This document shows positions 13,343 to 24,511 of a stretch of 64,000 bases of DNA, piece by piece. The notes below the pieces were generated by a model. That model was not told the origin of the DNA, did no database searches, and saw nothing but the letters and a program-made list of their open reading frames with translations. Source of the DNA: Octopus bimaculoides (lineage: Eukaryota); the NCBI RefSeq assembly GCF_001194135.2, contig NC_068988.1, forward strand, positions 40,088,243 to 40,152,242, in the 5' to 3' direction. Every line of letters starts with the position of its first letter. Position 1 is the first letter of the stretch. Position numbers and translations under genes: made by a program.

Positions 13343-13945
13343 CAGGGTACGGTGAATAAATTGTCGACTAAATTACTGAGAAATGGAAATAACATTGACA
13401 TCTCATTTTAATAGATATATTTACCAAAATTACATAGATATCTTGAAATACTAGAGAGTAAATTTATTCAATAAAGTCACTATTGGCTTCACCCATGGCC
13501 TGGAGATGACTTCGGAATCTCCTGCAACTCTCCTGGGTAGTCTCCTTGTTTAAGTTGGCGAATGCTTCCATAATCCTTGCATTCAGTTCATCTTTGGTGT
13601 TACAAGGAATTTTGTTGGTCTCTCACCCAACTGCACCCCACACATAATAATCAAGGGGGTTGCAGTCTTGAAAGTTAGGTTGACAGATGTGAGGGTGATG
13701 TGGTCACACAAATTGCGTGACAGCTTTGACTGGGTCCTCGGGCTTATGTGCAGAGTCCTGTTGCCAGACAAGGGGTCTTCCAGCAGCCACCCCAAGATCC
13801 AAGGCAGCACTACCTTCTCTTGGCACTTGATGTAGGCCTCCGTGTTTAGTGTGAGGCTGTATGAGAAGAAGAATGGAGGCATAACGTCACTATCATTAGA
13901 GATCACTCTCCAAAGACCATGATGTTGACTGGATTTTTGGGAGCT
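13343..13945 (-). mobile_element. Tc1/mariner (maT/DD37D-type) transposase 3' remnant with terminal repeat
   Basis: Frameshifted minus-strand translation PVNIMVFG...DVMPPFFF...LNTEAYIKC..VVLPWI and ...RIMEAFANLNKETTQESCRRFRSHLQAMGEANSDFIE*. Ends in TA|CAGGGTACGG at 13341-13350. Confidence 0.85.
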
Positions 13946-15278
13946 GGAACGTAATTTTTCAAATGAACGGTGGATATTCACAGCTTAAAATTATGTCCTA
14001 AGTGTGAAATCGCACTTGCATTATATCACACACTATTCACTAATCTATATGGCATCGAAAACTTTCTATAGAAATACCAGTTTAATCGAGCATAAATTAT
14101 TTCTGCCTAGCGAGGCAGAGAAGATCCTGTATTTTAGTTATAAAAAGAACAGTGAATGATAGGTTTTGGTATTAATATCTTTCACAATAGATTTATCGGG
14201 CCAACACAATTGATATAAAAGGTCTTGAAATGAGAGTGAATAAGAAAGGAAGAGTATAAGTGATTGAGTGTAGAAACGTTATTTCCCTGTATGTATCTGT
14301 CTATCTCCACAAAGACGAAAACCGTGTTTTGCTTGCTTCATTCTTTGCCAAAAATCTGTATTGCCCAGACTTGATTCTCTGATAAAAACATCACTCTGTT
14401 ATATGGTTTGCTATCCTCTCAGCAACACCCGTTAGAAAGTTACTTCATTATAGTTATATGGAAGATTCAATAAACTAGCGTGTTTTAGACAAAGACAAAC
14501 AGGTGAAGGTGCAGTCATTTCAATTGAGAGTTTGTCGGCAAAGTTGCAGAAAATGTTAACATTCAAGAGCAATTCAATCATCCAGGTATATTAAATCGTT
14601 GTCTTAGAAACCTAACACTAATTTCCCAGAAATATAGTTAATAGCTACGTGAACATACTACTATTTATCGTTTTTGAACAATCATTTCCTGCCGAGGAAA
14701 CACTAATCAGTGTAAATAAGCATCAGCATATATTACGCATACGGTAAAAAGGACTACTCGTATCTTAAAGCAATTAACACTAAAGTAATGGCATAATTTT
14801 ATGTATTAAGGGATAATAGAACTATGTTTGCTAAATATTCTCCAATAAACGAATTGTTATTTTTGTTGCTGTTTAACATCAGCTGCACTCTGTTTCAGAC
14901 CAAAGGCATTACAAGGCTTATCGACCAGTCTTATTGCCTGACAAAGAACATCTAGGACAGCATTATACAATGTGTACTTGAATTTTCTGAAGATATACTG
15001 TAACTAAAATGTATCGAGTCGCTATATCTGGTTGTACAAGCGATCAAGCATAGAAACTATATGAATAGAGTTCGCAATGCGGTGATTTGTTTTCTTTTCT
15101 ATTTGCTGAGAGACCGATTTGAAGACTTATTGTCGAACTAATATTCTTTTAAAATCTTGTATTATTATTGTTGATCCTACTTATCAAGCAACTAGGTTAC
15201 TGGGGAATAAACAAACCAGTACCGGATTTCGAACGGTAACTAAGGGCGATCACAGTCAGGAACACACACACACGCATA

Positions 15279-15346
<68 letters not shown>

Positions 15347-15364
15347 CATAGTCANNNNNNNNNN

Positions 15365-15395
<31 letters not shown>

Positions 15396-15772
15396 CACAC
15401 ACATACACACATTCATACACACACACTCACGCACGCACACTATTTTTATTTATCTGTATCTATAGCTATCTACCTATCTATTTCTCGCCCTCTTTCCTCC
15501 CTCTCTCTATATATATGTATATACAGAGAGAAAGGGAGAGAGAAAGAGACAGTGGTAGGTAGATAGATAAATAGATAGATAGATACATAGATAGAAAGAA
15601 GATGACTAAATAAATACAAAGTAGTTCTACTTTGTGAAAAGTACCGGGCAGTGGGACAGCGCCAAAAGCAACAAAATTTCAAAACGAGCTTCTTTACCAC
15701 CTGCATGTCTCAAAATAAAGTAAAGAAATATATGAGAATTAATTGTTAAAATTTTCTGTCAGTGTCAATATC

Positions 15773-15940
15773 AGTTTCAAATTTTGGCAAAAGGCCAGCG
15801 ATTTCGAGAAGGATGTAAATCGATTACATCGAACGCAATGTTCATTTGTTACACATTTTCATCGACTCCGAAAAAGTGAAAGGCAAAGTCGATTTCGGCT
15901 GAATTTGAATTCAAAACATTAGACATACGAAATAACGAAA
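15773..15940 (-). mobile_element. SINE family A copy
   Basis: AAGGCC...TCGATTACATCGA...GAAAGGCAAAGTCGATTTCGGCTGAATTTGAATTC. Confidence 0.7.
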
Positions 15941-15943
15941 TGG

Positions 15944-15980
<37 letters not shown>

Positions 15981-16396
15981 TGATATGTATATATATATAC
16001 ACGCGCGTGCACGCACACAATCACACAAACACGTAGACACACACATACATATACCCATCCATACACCCATGTATATGTACATACATGCATACATACATAC
16101 ATACATACATACATATAAATTACATTTTAAGTAGATATATTCACATATACAGAACGGCATTAGTTAATCACACTCGACGACCAATAATTGAATTGAAAAT
16201 ATTTACTGAAAATACTGTTGTTTACCGAGCTAAAAGTCATATTTAAACATATAATTATGTGTAAAAACCAAGACAAACATAAATTATTGACATACAAATA
16301 TATATACCTATGTATAATCAAGCTTCTTAAATGTGTGTGCGTCAGTGTGTGCTTATTTCCCCCAGCAACGTTGCAGTATAGCTGAAACTACACGCG

Positions 16397-16444
<48 letters not shown>

Positions 16445-16797
16445 AAGAAATAAACAAATAAACATACCTACACTCGAATACACACAGTCAAACATACTCA
16501 AGCGCACACAAGCAAACATAGTCAAACACACGAATTTTCAAATTTCAAATGTTGTTTGATTTACTCATTTTAAGAGGTCTGCTTAGTGTCAATATCTAGA
16601 GATATTAAAATACATTTTGAAATATTCTCAATTTTAAGATGTTTTGAATGAGATATTTAATAAATTGTGCTCTTTTTCATTCGACTACGATTATACCTTA
16701 CACACACATATTCCTTCGTCTATATATCTATGTCATTTTGTAGATAGGCATGCATGTATGTATGTTTGCATCTATGCATTTAACTATGAATATATGA

Positions 16798-16835
<38 letters not shown>

Positions 16836-17252
16836 NNNNNNNNNNNNNNNNNNNNNNNNNNNNNNNNNNNNNNNNNNNNNNNNNNNNNNNNNNNNNNNNN
16901 NNNNNNNNNNNNNNNNNNNNNNNNNNNNNNNNNNNNNNNNNNNNNNNNNNNNNNNNNNNNNNNNNNNNNNNNNNNNNNNNNNNNNNNNNNNNNNNNNNNN
17001 NNNNNNNNNNNNNNNNNNNNNNNNNNNNNNNNNNNNNNNNNNNNNNNNNNNNNNNNNNNNNNNNNNNNNNNNNNNNNNNNNNNNNNNNNNNNNNNNNNNN
17101 NNNNNNNNNNNNNNNNNNNNNNNNNNNNNNNNNNNNNNNNNNNNNNNNNNNNNNNNNNNNNNNNNNNNNNNNNNNNNNNNNNNNNNNNNNNNNNNNNNNN
17201 NNNNNNNNNNNNNNNNNNNNNNNNNNNNNNNNNNNNNNNNNNNNNNNNNNNN

Positions 17253-17878
17253 TTATACACTTATATTTACGTGTTTACATTTTTATTTGCCTTCAAAGTG
17301 TTCACCATTTGAAGCACTGCATCGTTCCAGGCGCGTTTTCCACTATTCGAAGCAGTGGTGGAACTCTTACGAAGTGATACCTTTTAACACCTCCGCCATT
17401 TTCATATTCACCTCTTCCACATCTGCAAATTCCCTAGTACCGGCGTCCATCACCAGTGCCTACCTTCGAAAAGAGGTCTGGATCACCTTCCAGGTTTCAG
17501 TTTACGGCACGCATGAAGTCATAATTGCTTTTGATTTTCCGTGAGCAAGCGATACACAAAATTTGCTGTAACTCTTTTCAATCGCAATTTGTTGTTCAAA
17601 ATTCGTTGGCAGGTGCACCAGGACTTACCAGTCATATCAACAAGTTCATCAATTGTTCGATAACGGTCCCCATGATCAGTTCATGACTATTTATGATGTT
17701 TTCATTCGTTCAGAAGGTGGATGATCGTCTTCAACGAGGCTGGTCTTCAACGAGGCTGGTCTTCAACGAGGCTGGTCTTCAACGAGGCTGGTCTTCAACG
17801 AGGCTGGTCTTCAACCGACAAATGGACCATTTCTAAAGGGTGAAAAAGAGTCGTAAACTTGTGTTTTGCTTCCGTAGA
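17253..17878 (-). mobile_element. Mariner (DD34D-type) remnant with large internal deletion
   Basis: Minus strand carries the HTH SKTQVYDSFSPFRNG, then DPDLFSKVGTGD (first catalytic Asp motif) fused almost directly to the C-terminal FADVEEV...EFHHCFE*WKTRLERCSASNGEHFEG. Confidence 0.8.
17727..17815. repeat. 16-bp tandem repeat GTCTTCAACGAGGCTG, 5.5 perfect copies
   Basis: Units start at 17727, 17743, 17759, 17775 and 17791, with a partial unit at 17807-17815. No spacers. Confidence 0.97.
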
Positions 17879-19475
17879 ATAATACATATATACAAACAAA
17901 CACACATACGCATATGTANNNNNNNNNNNNNNNNNNNNNNNNNNNNNNNNNNNNNNNNNNNNNNNNNNNNNNNNNNNNNNNNNNNNNNNNNNNNNNNNNN
18001 NNNNNNNNNNNNNNNNNNNNNNNNNNNNNNNNNNNNNNNNNNNNNNNNNNNNNNNNNNNNNNNNNNNNNNNNNNNNNCATACATATATATATATAAATGT
18101 ATATGTATGTATTTGTGTATGTGTGAGCGTGTGCGTATGTGTGTTTGCTATTTTAATTTTGTATTAATTATACAAGATTCTTCATTTGAAAACAGCAGCT
18201 GAAACAGTTATTGCCGTATTTTATAGTATGAAAAATCGTTTTGCCTATAACGGACACACGCACTGGTTCTATTTTACATTTCGTATTATTAGTAAACCAG
18301 TTAATCAAATATTAAGTCATCTAGCACATTGCTTTTTGAAGCATTCGATAATTGATCTTTCGAACAGAAATATTACTTATAAATAGGTTGCATTTTCTTT
18401 CTTTTTCTTTTTTTTACTGCCTGTGTTGCTCTTCCGTTGTTATTTATATAGAGACAATAGAAATTTATCTGCAATCGTGTGTATTCACTCAAACAAAGCT
18501 ATCTATACATATATACATCTTTCAATGTGCTGACACATACTCACTCGCACATATATATACACAGACACGTAAACGCACACAAAGACACGCACACACGCTC
18601 ACGCACGCACGCACACGCACACAATCATATATGCACTCACATATATCTACATTCATACTTTCATACCCTGAGACGTACAATTAATCACCCACCTATGTTA
18701 GTGGCATAGGCGCTGCTAGTGAGTTGGACATCGCCTGGGCCTATACTGGCCGACACCTATCAAAGATATATATATATACATACCTGTCTCAGTTGGTGGT
18801 AGTTGTGTCATTGCTGATTCTTATAAGTTCCCTTCTTGTTTGTCAATAAATACACACCATCACAGACAGAAGGATAAGATTTGTTGGAGAGGAGAACGGT
18901 CGACAGCATTGGTCTCAGTACCAGAGTTGAACCTTGTTCATATATACGTGCATATACATATATAAGCGTTTGTGTGTATATGTATATTTGCGATTGTGTA
19001 TACGTTTTCCTAGCAATTTATTTCAATCGAAAGTAAATTTGACGCCATTTTTTTTTTTTCATTCAATATTTACTTTCAGCTTTTTATTTGTTAAAAATGT
19101 TATCTCTGTGTATTCTATACTAACCGTACTAATCTTAAAAAGTTGAAATTCTACTCTTTCTTCCATATTTGAAAAAAAAAAAGGCATATGAATTTCAGTC
19201 ATATGTGTAAATTTAATTAAATCTAGACTTCCTCATACTTTCAGTCCATTTCTAGATTTGGACTTGCGGAACGAATACCCTGAAACACTACATACAAGTT
19301 TATGTTTGCGTCTGCGCGCGCGTGTGTATGTGTGTGTGTTTGCGTGTGTGTATGTGTGTGTACGTCTGTGCGTTTGCGTGTGTGTATGTGTGTATGCGTG
19401 TGTGTTTATGTATGTGTATGTGTGTATATATGTATATGTATTTATGCATTTATATTTATGTATGTATGTATATGT

Positions 19476-19722
19476 GGAGGTGCATGGCTTAGTGGTTAGG
19501 GTGTTGGCATCATGATCGTAAGATTGTAGTTTCGATTCCTGGACGGGCCCGGCGTTGTGTTCTTGAGCAAATACTTCATTTCACGTTGCTCCAGTCCACT
19601 CAGCTGGCAAAAATGAGTAACATTGCGATGGACTGGCGTCCCGTCCAGCTAGTGAACACATACTCCATAGAAACCGGGAAAACCGTCCCATGAGCCTGGC
19701 TAGGTTTTAAAACGGCGCATTT
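19476..19722 (+). mobile_element. tRNA-derived SINE, family D (Meta/V-like body)
   Basis: TGGCTTAGTGGTT A-box, GTTTCGATTCC B-box, GTGTTCTTGAGCAA and GCGATGGACTGGCGTCCCGTCCAG motifs. Confidence 0.8.
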
Positions 19723-19762
19723 ATTAACTTTTTTTATTATATAGGTATGTATGTATATATTT

Positions 19763-19837
<75 letters not shown>

Positions 19838-20394
19838 GGCGTCCGCGTTTGAGTGAGTGTGTGTATGTTCCGTACATATAAGTACATATATTATAAGTAC
19901 ATATAGCAATGTATTGATTACTATAGGTGTATCTGTACATGGAATTAGTAAATTTCCAATGCCATATAAATATGCGAAAAGATATACCTATGTAATATAT
20001 TGACTTTCTGGGACAAAAAGCAATTGCTTTTCATGTAAATAAACAAATTCTACGCCTTCGGAATCTCTGTTCATTAAGTTAATTAAAATGCGTATTTATT
20101 AGCTATGTAAATATAGCAATCTGTACGACTGACAACATACAACTAATTTTATTACACCTATATATTATGTTTATATCTTTTACATTAAATCGTTGCCATG
20201 CTTGATAAAGTTTAAACTGCTCATATGTAGCTTTAAGATATATCTCGCAGATGGTATAGGATACTTAAATAATGTAATTTCTAAGGAACACCCTCCGACA
20301 TATATATATGCGCGTGCTTTTTTTAGTGGTAAATTCATGTAATGTACACACATACATACATACTTACATCCCCATCAAGTGTCTAGAGAGTAAA

Positions 20395-20775
20395 TGGTAG
20401 AAAATATTGAGTGACAATAAACGTACAGGGGATGTCTACCATATTGAGAGCGATGGTTCTAAAGAATAAAGGTTGAACTTAAAAATTAAAACAGTCACAA
20501 ATTAAAACACAGCCGACCAGATGTCGATGTGAGCGACCACAACGTTCTGTTGTGGAAATTAGCTGGCCCTTGGACACCAATGTGACTAGAAATATAAAGA
20601 GGGTGTCTATGGACCATTGAAAACGAGTTTGCATATCCAATACTCAAAACCGATTTTTAGCTTCATAATTATCATTATTGGAGCCACAGGGTACATACCA
20701 ACGTATCTGGAGCAAAATTTGTAGGCACGAGAACGAAAATACTTGATTTCTACATTACAAAGTATTGCGTTCTTA
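20395..20775 (+). mobile_element. R4/Dong-like RLE non-LTR retrotransposon 3' remnant (family 1)
   Basis: Frameshifted KHSRPDVDV...VVEISWPLDTNVTRNIK..GVYGPL...FSFIIIIIGATGYIPTYLEQNL, a PD-(D/E)xK-type restriction-like endonuclease signature. Confidence 0.75.
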
Positions 20776-21100
20776 TCCAAAGTATTGCGTTATCTCGTTG
20801 TTCCTACCCAATCGGTCGTGAATGGGGAATCCTATGATGGAATAGCCTTCTGATTAGGAATAGTGTTGGCCTGCCCGCCTAGCCAGCGATGTAGTGTCGT
20901 TCAAAAGCTAAAACAATGCACTATAATANNNNNNNNNNNNNNNNNNNNNNNNNNNNNNNNNNNNNNNNNNNNNNNNNNNNNNNNNNNNNNNNNNNNNNNN
21001 NNNNNNNNNNNNNNNNNNNNNNNNNNNNNNNNNNNNNNNNNNNNNNNNNNNNNNTATATATATGTGTGTGTATGTATAGTATACATATATGGATATATGC

Positions 21101-21144
<44 letters not shown>

Positions 21145-21296
21145 GTGCGTGCGTGCGTGTGTGTGTGTGTGTGCTCGCGTGCGTGTGTGGGTGGTGCGTT
21201 GACCTCGTATCACTGTTATATTCCAACGAAAGTATCTGACTCTGGAAGATGCATAATATTTTATTCGTTACGTGTAACATGTGTAAGTGAAAATTC

Positions 21297-21625
21297 TGTT
21301 ATTATGTGAGCCTCCACCCACTTGTTTGTTATTGTGGTCACTGTAATATTTGTGTCACCACTATTATATTGTGGCGCTAATCCGCGTCATATCTTTCACT
21401 TGACAATCGTTCTATCGCTGATAGCCCCGCAAGTCAATGACTGAAGCATCCAACTTGACGGTAACTCAAACTCGTATATAACACGTAACTGGCACTGACT
21501 CCAACTGAGAACTCATACAACAACTCTACTACTACTGACCTCCTACAACGACTGACTGTCTGACTGTTTAGGGGCACCGTCATACCACTTTGTCACGTGG
21601 GAAGGGGAGTACCATTTTCACTACA
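21297..21625 (-). repeat. 3' LTR of the Gypsy element
   Basis: TG...CA ends. Shares CACTGTAATATT, CCGCAAGTCAATGACT, CACGTAACTG and CCTACAACGACTG blocks with 23501-23750. Preceded on the minus strand by PPT CTAAAAGGGGAAA. Confidence 0.8.
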
Positions 21626-22202
21626 TTTCCCCTTTTAGTTTGTTTTTTTCTCCTTGGGAAGCAAGTAATTTTATTTTACTTTATTCATCTCTCTACCCTT
21701 TTTAAAGTGTTTTTTTTTTCAACTTAATAATTGTTTTTCTTTTTCATGCCTATTTGTAGGAACTCTATTCTTCCTCTGGGTTTGGTAACGGATAACTGTG
21801 TTCGACTAAAGTGTCATTTAATCCAGTTGAAAAGTCCGCACACACTCTTTGTTTATTCTTTTTCTTTCTTTACATAAACTGCCAGTGCTGCCCAGTTTGA
21901 ATAGTCGCCTCTTTCATTTATATCTAGACTTTCAAGTCTTTCCATCTCTTTCTTGACCTGGTCCGACGCTGCAAACAACATGTTCCATTTGGACCTTAAA
22001 ACAGGCAGCTTACCTTTTCTGTTAACGCGATCTTCTCTTTTGTTTTAGTGCAACATACCTAATGGGAATATCCCACATTTTAAATAACTCCGTGCATTCT
22101 CTGCCAAACACGTTCAGTTATTTTTTAAACACATAAATGACTGTCCTTTTCACCCCGAAAATTACATTGTAAATGCATTCGTCGATGAGATAGAATTTCT
22201 TT

Positions 22203-22499
22203 TTAGTTACCCCAGATGCCATTTTTATTTGGTTTAGATAATTTCGGTTTACCGATTTGCCTCCATGTTTCCTCATTTATGATAGTGATGTCACTCCCTG
22301 TGTCTATTTTTATTTTCACACTGGTGATTTCGATTCTCACCTTGATGAAATTTTTGTTCGTGGTACAACTTTTTTTCTCTGATGACAAAGTATTTATATT
22401 TTCTCCTTTGGTCCAATCTTTAGTCATTTTAGTTCCCCAGTGCAATTTAATGTGCCCTGTGTTACCATAACAAAAACACTTTCTTTTATGAACGGACAC
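22203..22499 (-). pseudogene. Gypsy zinc knuckle and aspartic protease remnant
   Basis: CFCYGNTGHIKLH (degenerate CCHC) and KIKIDTGSDITIINEETWRQIGKP (D-T-G protease motif). Confidence 0.85.
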
Positions 22500-23017
22500 T
22501 CTTTTCTCAGGTGCCTACCACTGCATATCGTACTTGTTGTATATCGTGTTTTTTGTAAAACATTTCATCTGTCTTCCGACTCTCCACATTGATTTTATCT
22601 GTAAGCAATCTCTTCATTGGATTTCTTCTGTGTCGTGCTTTACTTTTAATATCATATCGTACTCTTCTGACAATTTCTGGAGAGTTATATCCTGGTTAAT
22701 TTCCAGCTTTGCGAGAATTTTGGTTCTGACTTCTGCGTCCGTTTTAGCCGTAAGCCTCTAAGCAAAATTCAAGCACTTGGGCGAGTCTGGAGTTAGTTTA
22801 TCCAATTTAAATCACTCGCACTCTCTGTTCACTATACCTGCATATGTGGTAAAATCTCAGTCATTGATTTTCTCGGTTTTCAAATACTTCCAACGTTTGA
22901 TGAACAACGATGTTTTTTTTCACTAAACCTATATAAAATGTCAATTGTGTCCGTAAAATCTATGTCAGAAACTTTTTTAAGCAATTTTAAGTTACAATAT
23001 TTCTCATGCTCTATCGT

Positions 23018-23206
23018 CTATAATTTCCTCAGAATTAGGCACATTCTCATTTCAGCCTTCAAGTCTTGGCATTCTTTTTCGAAAATTTGTTCAAATCTTC
23101 GGTAATATGCCCCGAAGATGGCTCCTTCTTCCGGGTCATATTTAAATTCATTTATTGAATTCACTATATGATCTGGCAAAAACGTATTTTTCGATTTTAT
23201 TACCAA
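23018..23206 (-). pseudogene. Gypsy (Mag-like) gag N-terminal remnant
   Basis: FKYDPEEGAIFGAYYRRFEQIF...CLILRKL matches the FxYDPExG..F..WY.RYE..F...LLLRKL gag motif. Confidence 0.7.
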
Positions 23207-23486
23207 CTTTTATTACCAACATTAGTTATAGCATTTGTTGCTGTAACATTTTTTGTTGTTCTTGTTCTTCTTTTAGTTGTTGCTGTTTTTGCAACTCAAT
23301 CAGAACCTCTAACACGTTTTCCACAATTTTACGAATTTTTCGTAAAATATGTACAACAAAAATATCTATTGTTCCTTCGTCGAGTTTTTTATTTCTCCAT
23401 GTGAAAGTTTTTTCAGCGTCGTCCGCGTAGATTGTGATTTTTCACGGGAAAAGAATTTTTCAACGTTGTTCGCGTGAATTGTTTAT

Positions 23487-23499
23487 ATCCTCGTTGCCA
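23487..23499 (-). promoter_or_regulatory. Primer-binding site, probably tRNA-Ser(GCU)
   Basis: Minus-strand TGGCAACGAGGAT lies 1 nt after the LTR end. It has one mismatch to TGGCGACGAGGAT, the complement of the recalled tRNA-Ser(GCU) 3' end ...ATCCTCGTCGCCA. Confidence 0.7.
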
Positions 23500-23500
23500 C

Positions 23501-23750
23501 TGTTATAATGTGATCCCTCGTCAACTTGTATGTTATCATGGGCACTGTAATATTCTTGTCACCATTATTATGTCATGGTGGTATTCCGCGTCTTATCTTT
23601 GACTCGGCTTTTTTGCTATCACAGATAGCTCCGCAAGTCAATGACTTTGTAACTCGAACTCGTACATATCACGTAACTGACACGGACTCCAATTGAGGAC
23701 TCGTACAACGTCCTCCTACAACGACTGTCTGATTTTATAGTGTTACAATA
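23501..23750 (-). repeat. 5' LTR of the Gypsy element
   Basis: Starts TGTTAT; homologous to 21297-21625; adjacent to the PBS. Confidence 0.8.
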
Positions 23751-24430
23751 AATTCATTTCCTGGTTGTTTGAATGATATTGAAGAAATTGTATAGACTTC
23801 CCCAATTGTCACCTATTTTTGCCAAAATATTTGCAGCTTCAAATTCAACTTATGTATATGCCATGGCCGAGAGATATGACAAGCAAATCTCACTTAAGCA
23901 AGAGACTTTTTTTGCTATGAGATTACGATATGAGATTTCAAAAGAGCTGTGCAAAAAGAAAATATTTTAAAATATTTTACAGCTTCGCTTCAAGTATTTT
24001 ACTTCTAGATCCTTTGTTAGGAAGCAAGCCAAGTATCAATAAGGTTTCACCTATGGGCGTCTCGTATTTTCGCCTATCTAGGACATATCTATTACCATCT
24101 TTTTTTCCTTTTCAGAAGTGAGGTATGTTTTGATGGATATTTTTCTCCTTATGATTGGAGGATGAAAAATTATATTGATCCCCTCGTGTATTTGATACCG
24201 AACATTATTGACTATAAGACGAGAATATGTTTTTCAAAGTGTCTTTCTCGCAAAACAGATGATTTGAGTGAACTGTAATAGGTCATTTGACTTTTTCACT
24301 ACTGGGTACACACATTTCCAGGGGTATTTTTATATTGTACCATATACGTAAAGCATCAAAATATTCTTATTTAATTTAAAAAGAATAAAACATTAAGATG
24401 CTTTTTTTAAATCTGTCATTTATATTTCAG

Positions 24431-24511
24431 GGTGTTTCGACAGTCGTTATAGAAGTATTTCGTAATAAATCTATCCTCCAGGGATGTTAATACTTCGAAT
24501 CTGACCAAACG
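24431..24511 (+). other. Candidate spliced exon (81 nt non-coding, or 30 nt from the internal acceptor at 24482)
   Basis: TATATTTCAG| acceptor and ACG|GTAAGT donor. The 81-nt form has stops in all frames; the 30-nt form is open in one frame (DVNTSNLTK). Confidence 0.3.

Larger units (their letters stand above)
21297..23750 (-). mobile_element. Internally deleted Gypsy/Ty3 (Mag-like) LTR retrotransposon
   Basis: Related LTRs at 21297-21625 and 23501-23750; PBS at 23487-23499; PPT at 21626-21638; gag and protease remnants inside. RT, RNase H and most of integrase are missing. AATTC occurs at both flanks (21292-21296, 23751-23755). Confidence 0.85.

Noticed and set aside
14102-14119. TCTGCCT-AGCG-AGGCAGA hairpin as a terminator or Helitron end
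   Set aside because: A 7-bp stem is expected by chance in 64 kb; no U-tract or CTRR end follows.
17727-17815. 16-bp repeat array as a CRISPR
   Set aside because: Units are contiguous with no spacers, there are no cas genes, the context is eukaryotic, and the unit derives from mariner coding sequence.
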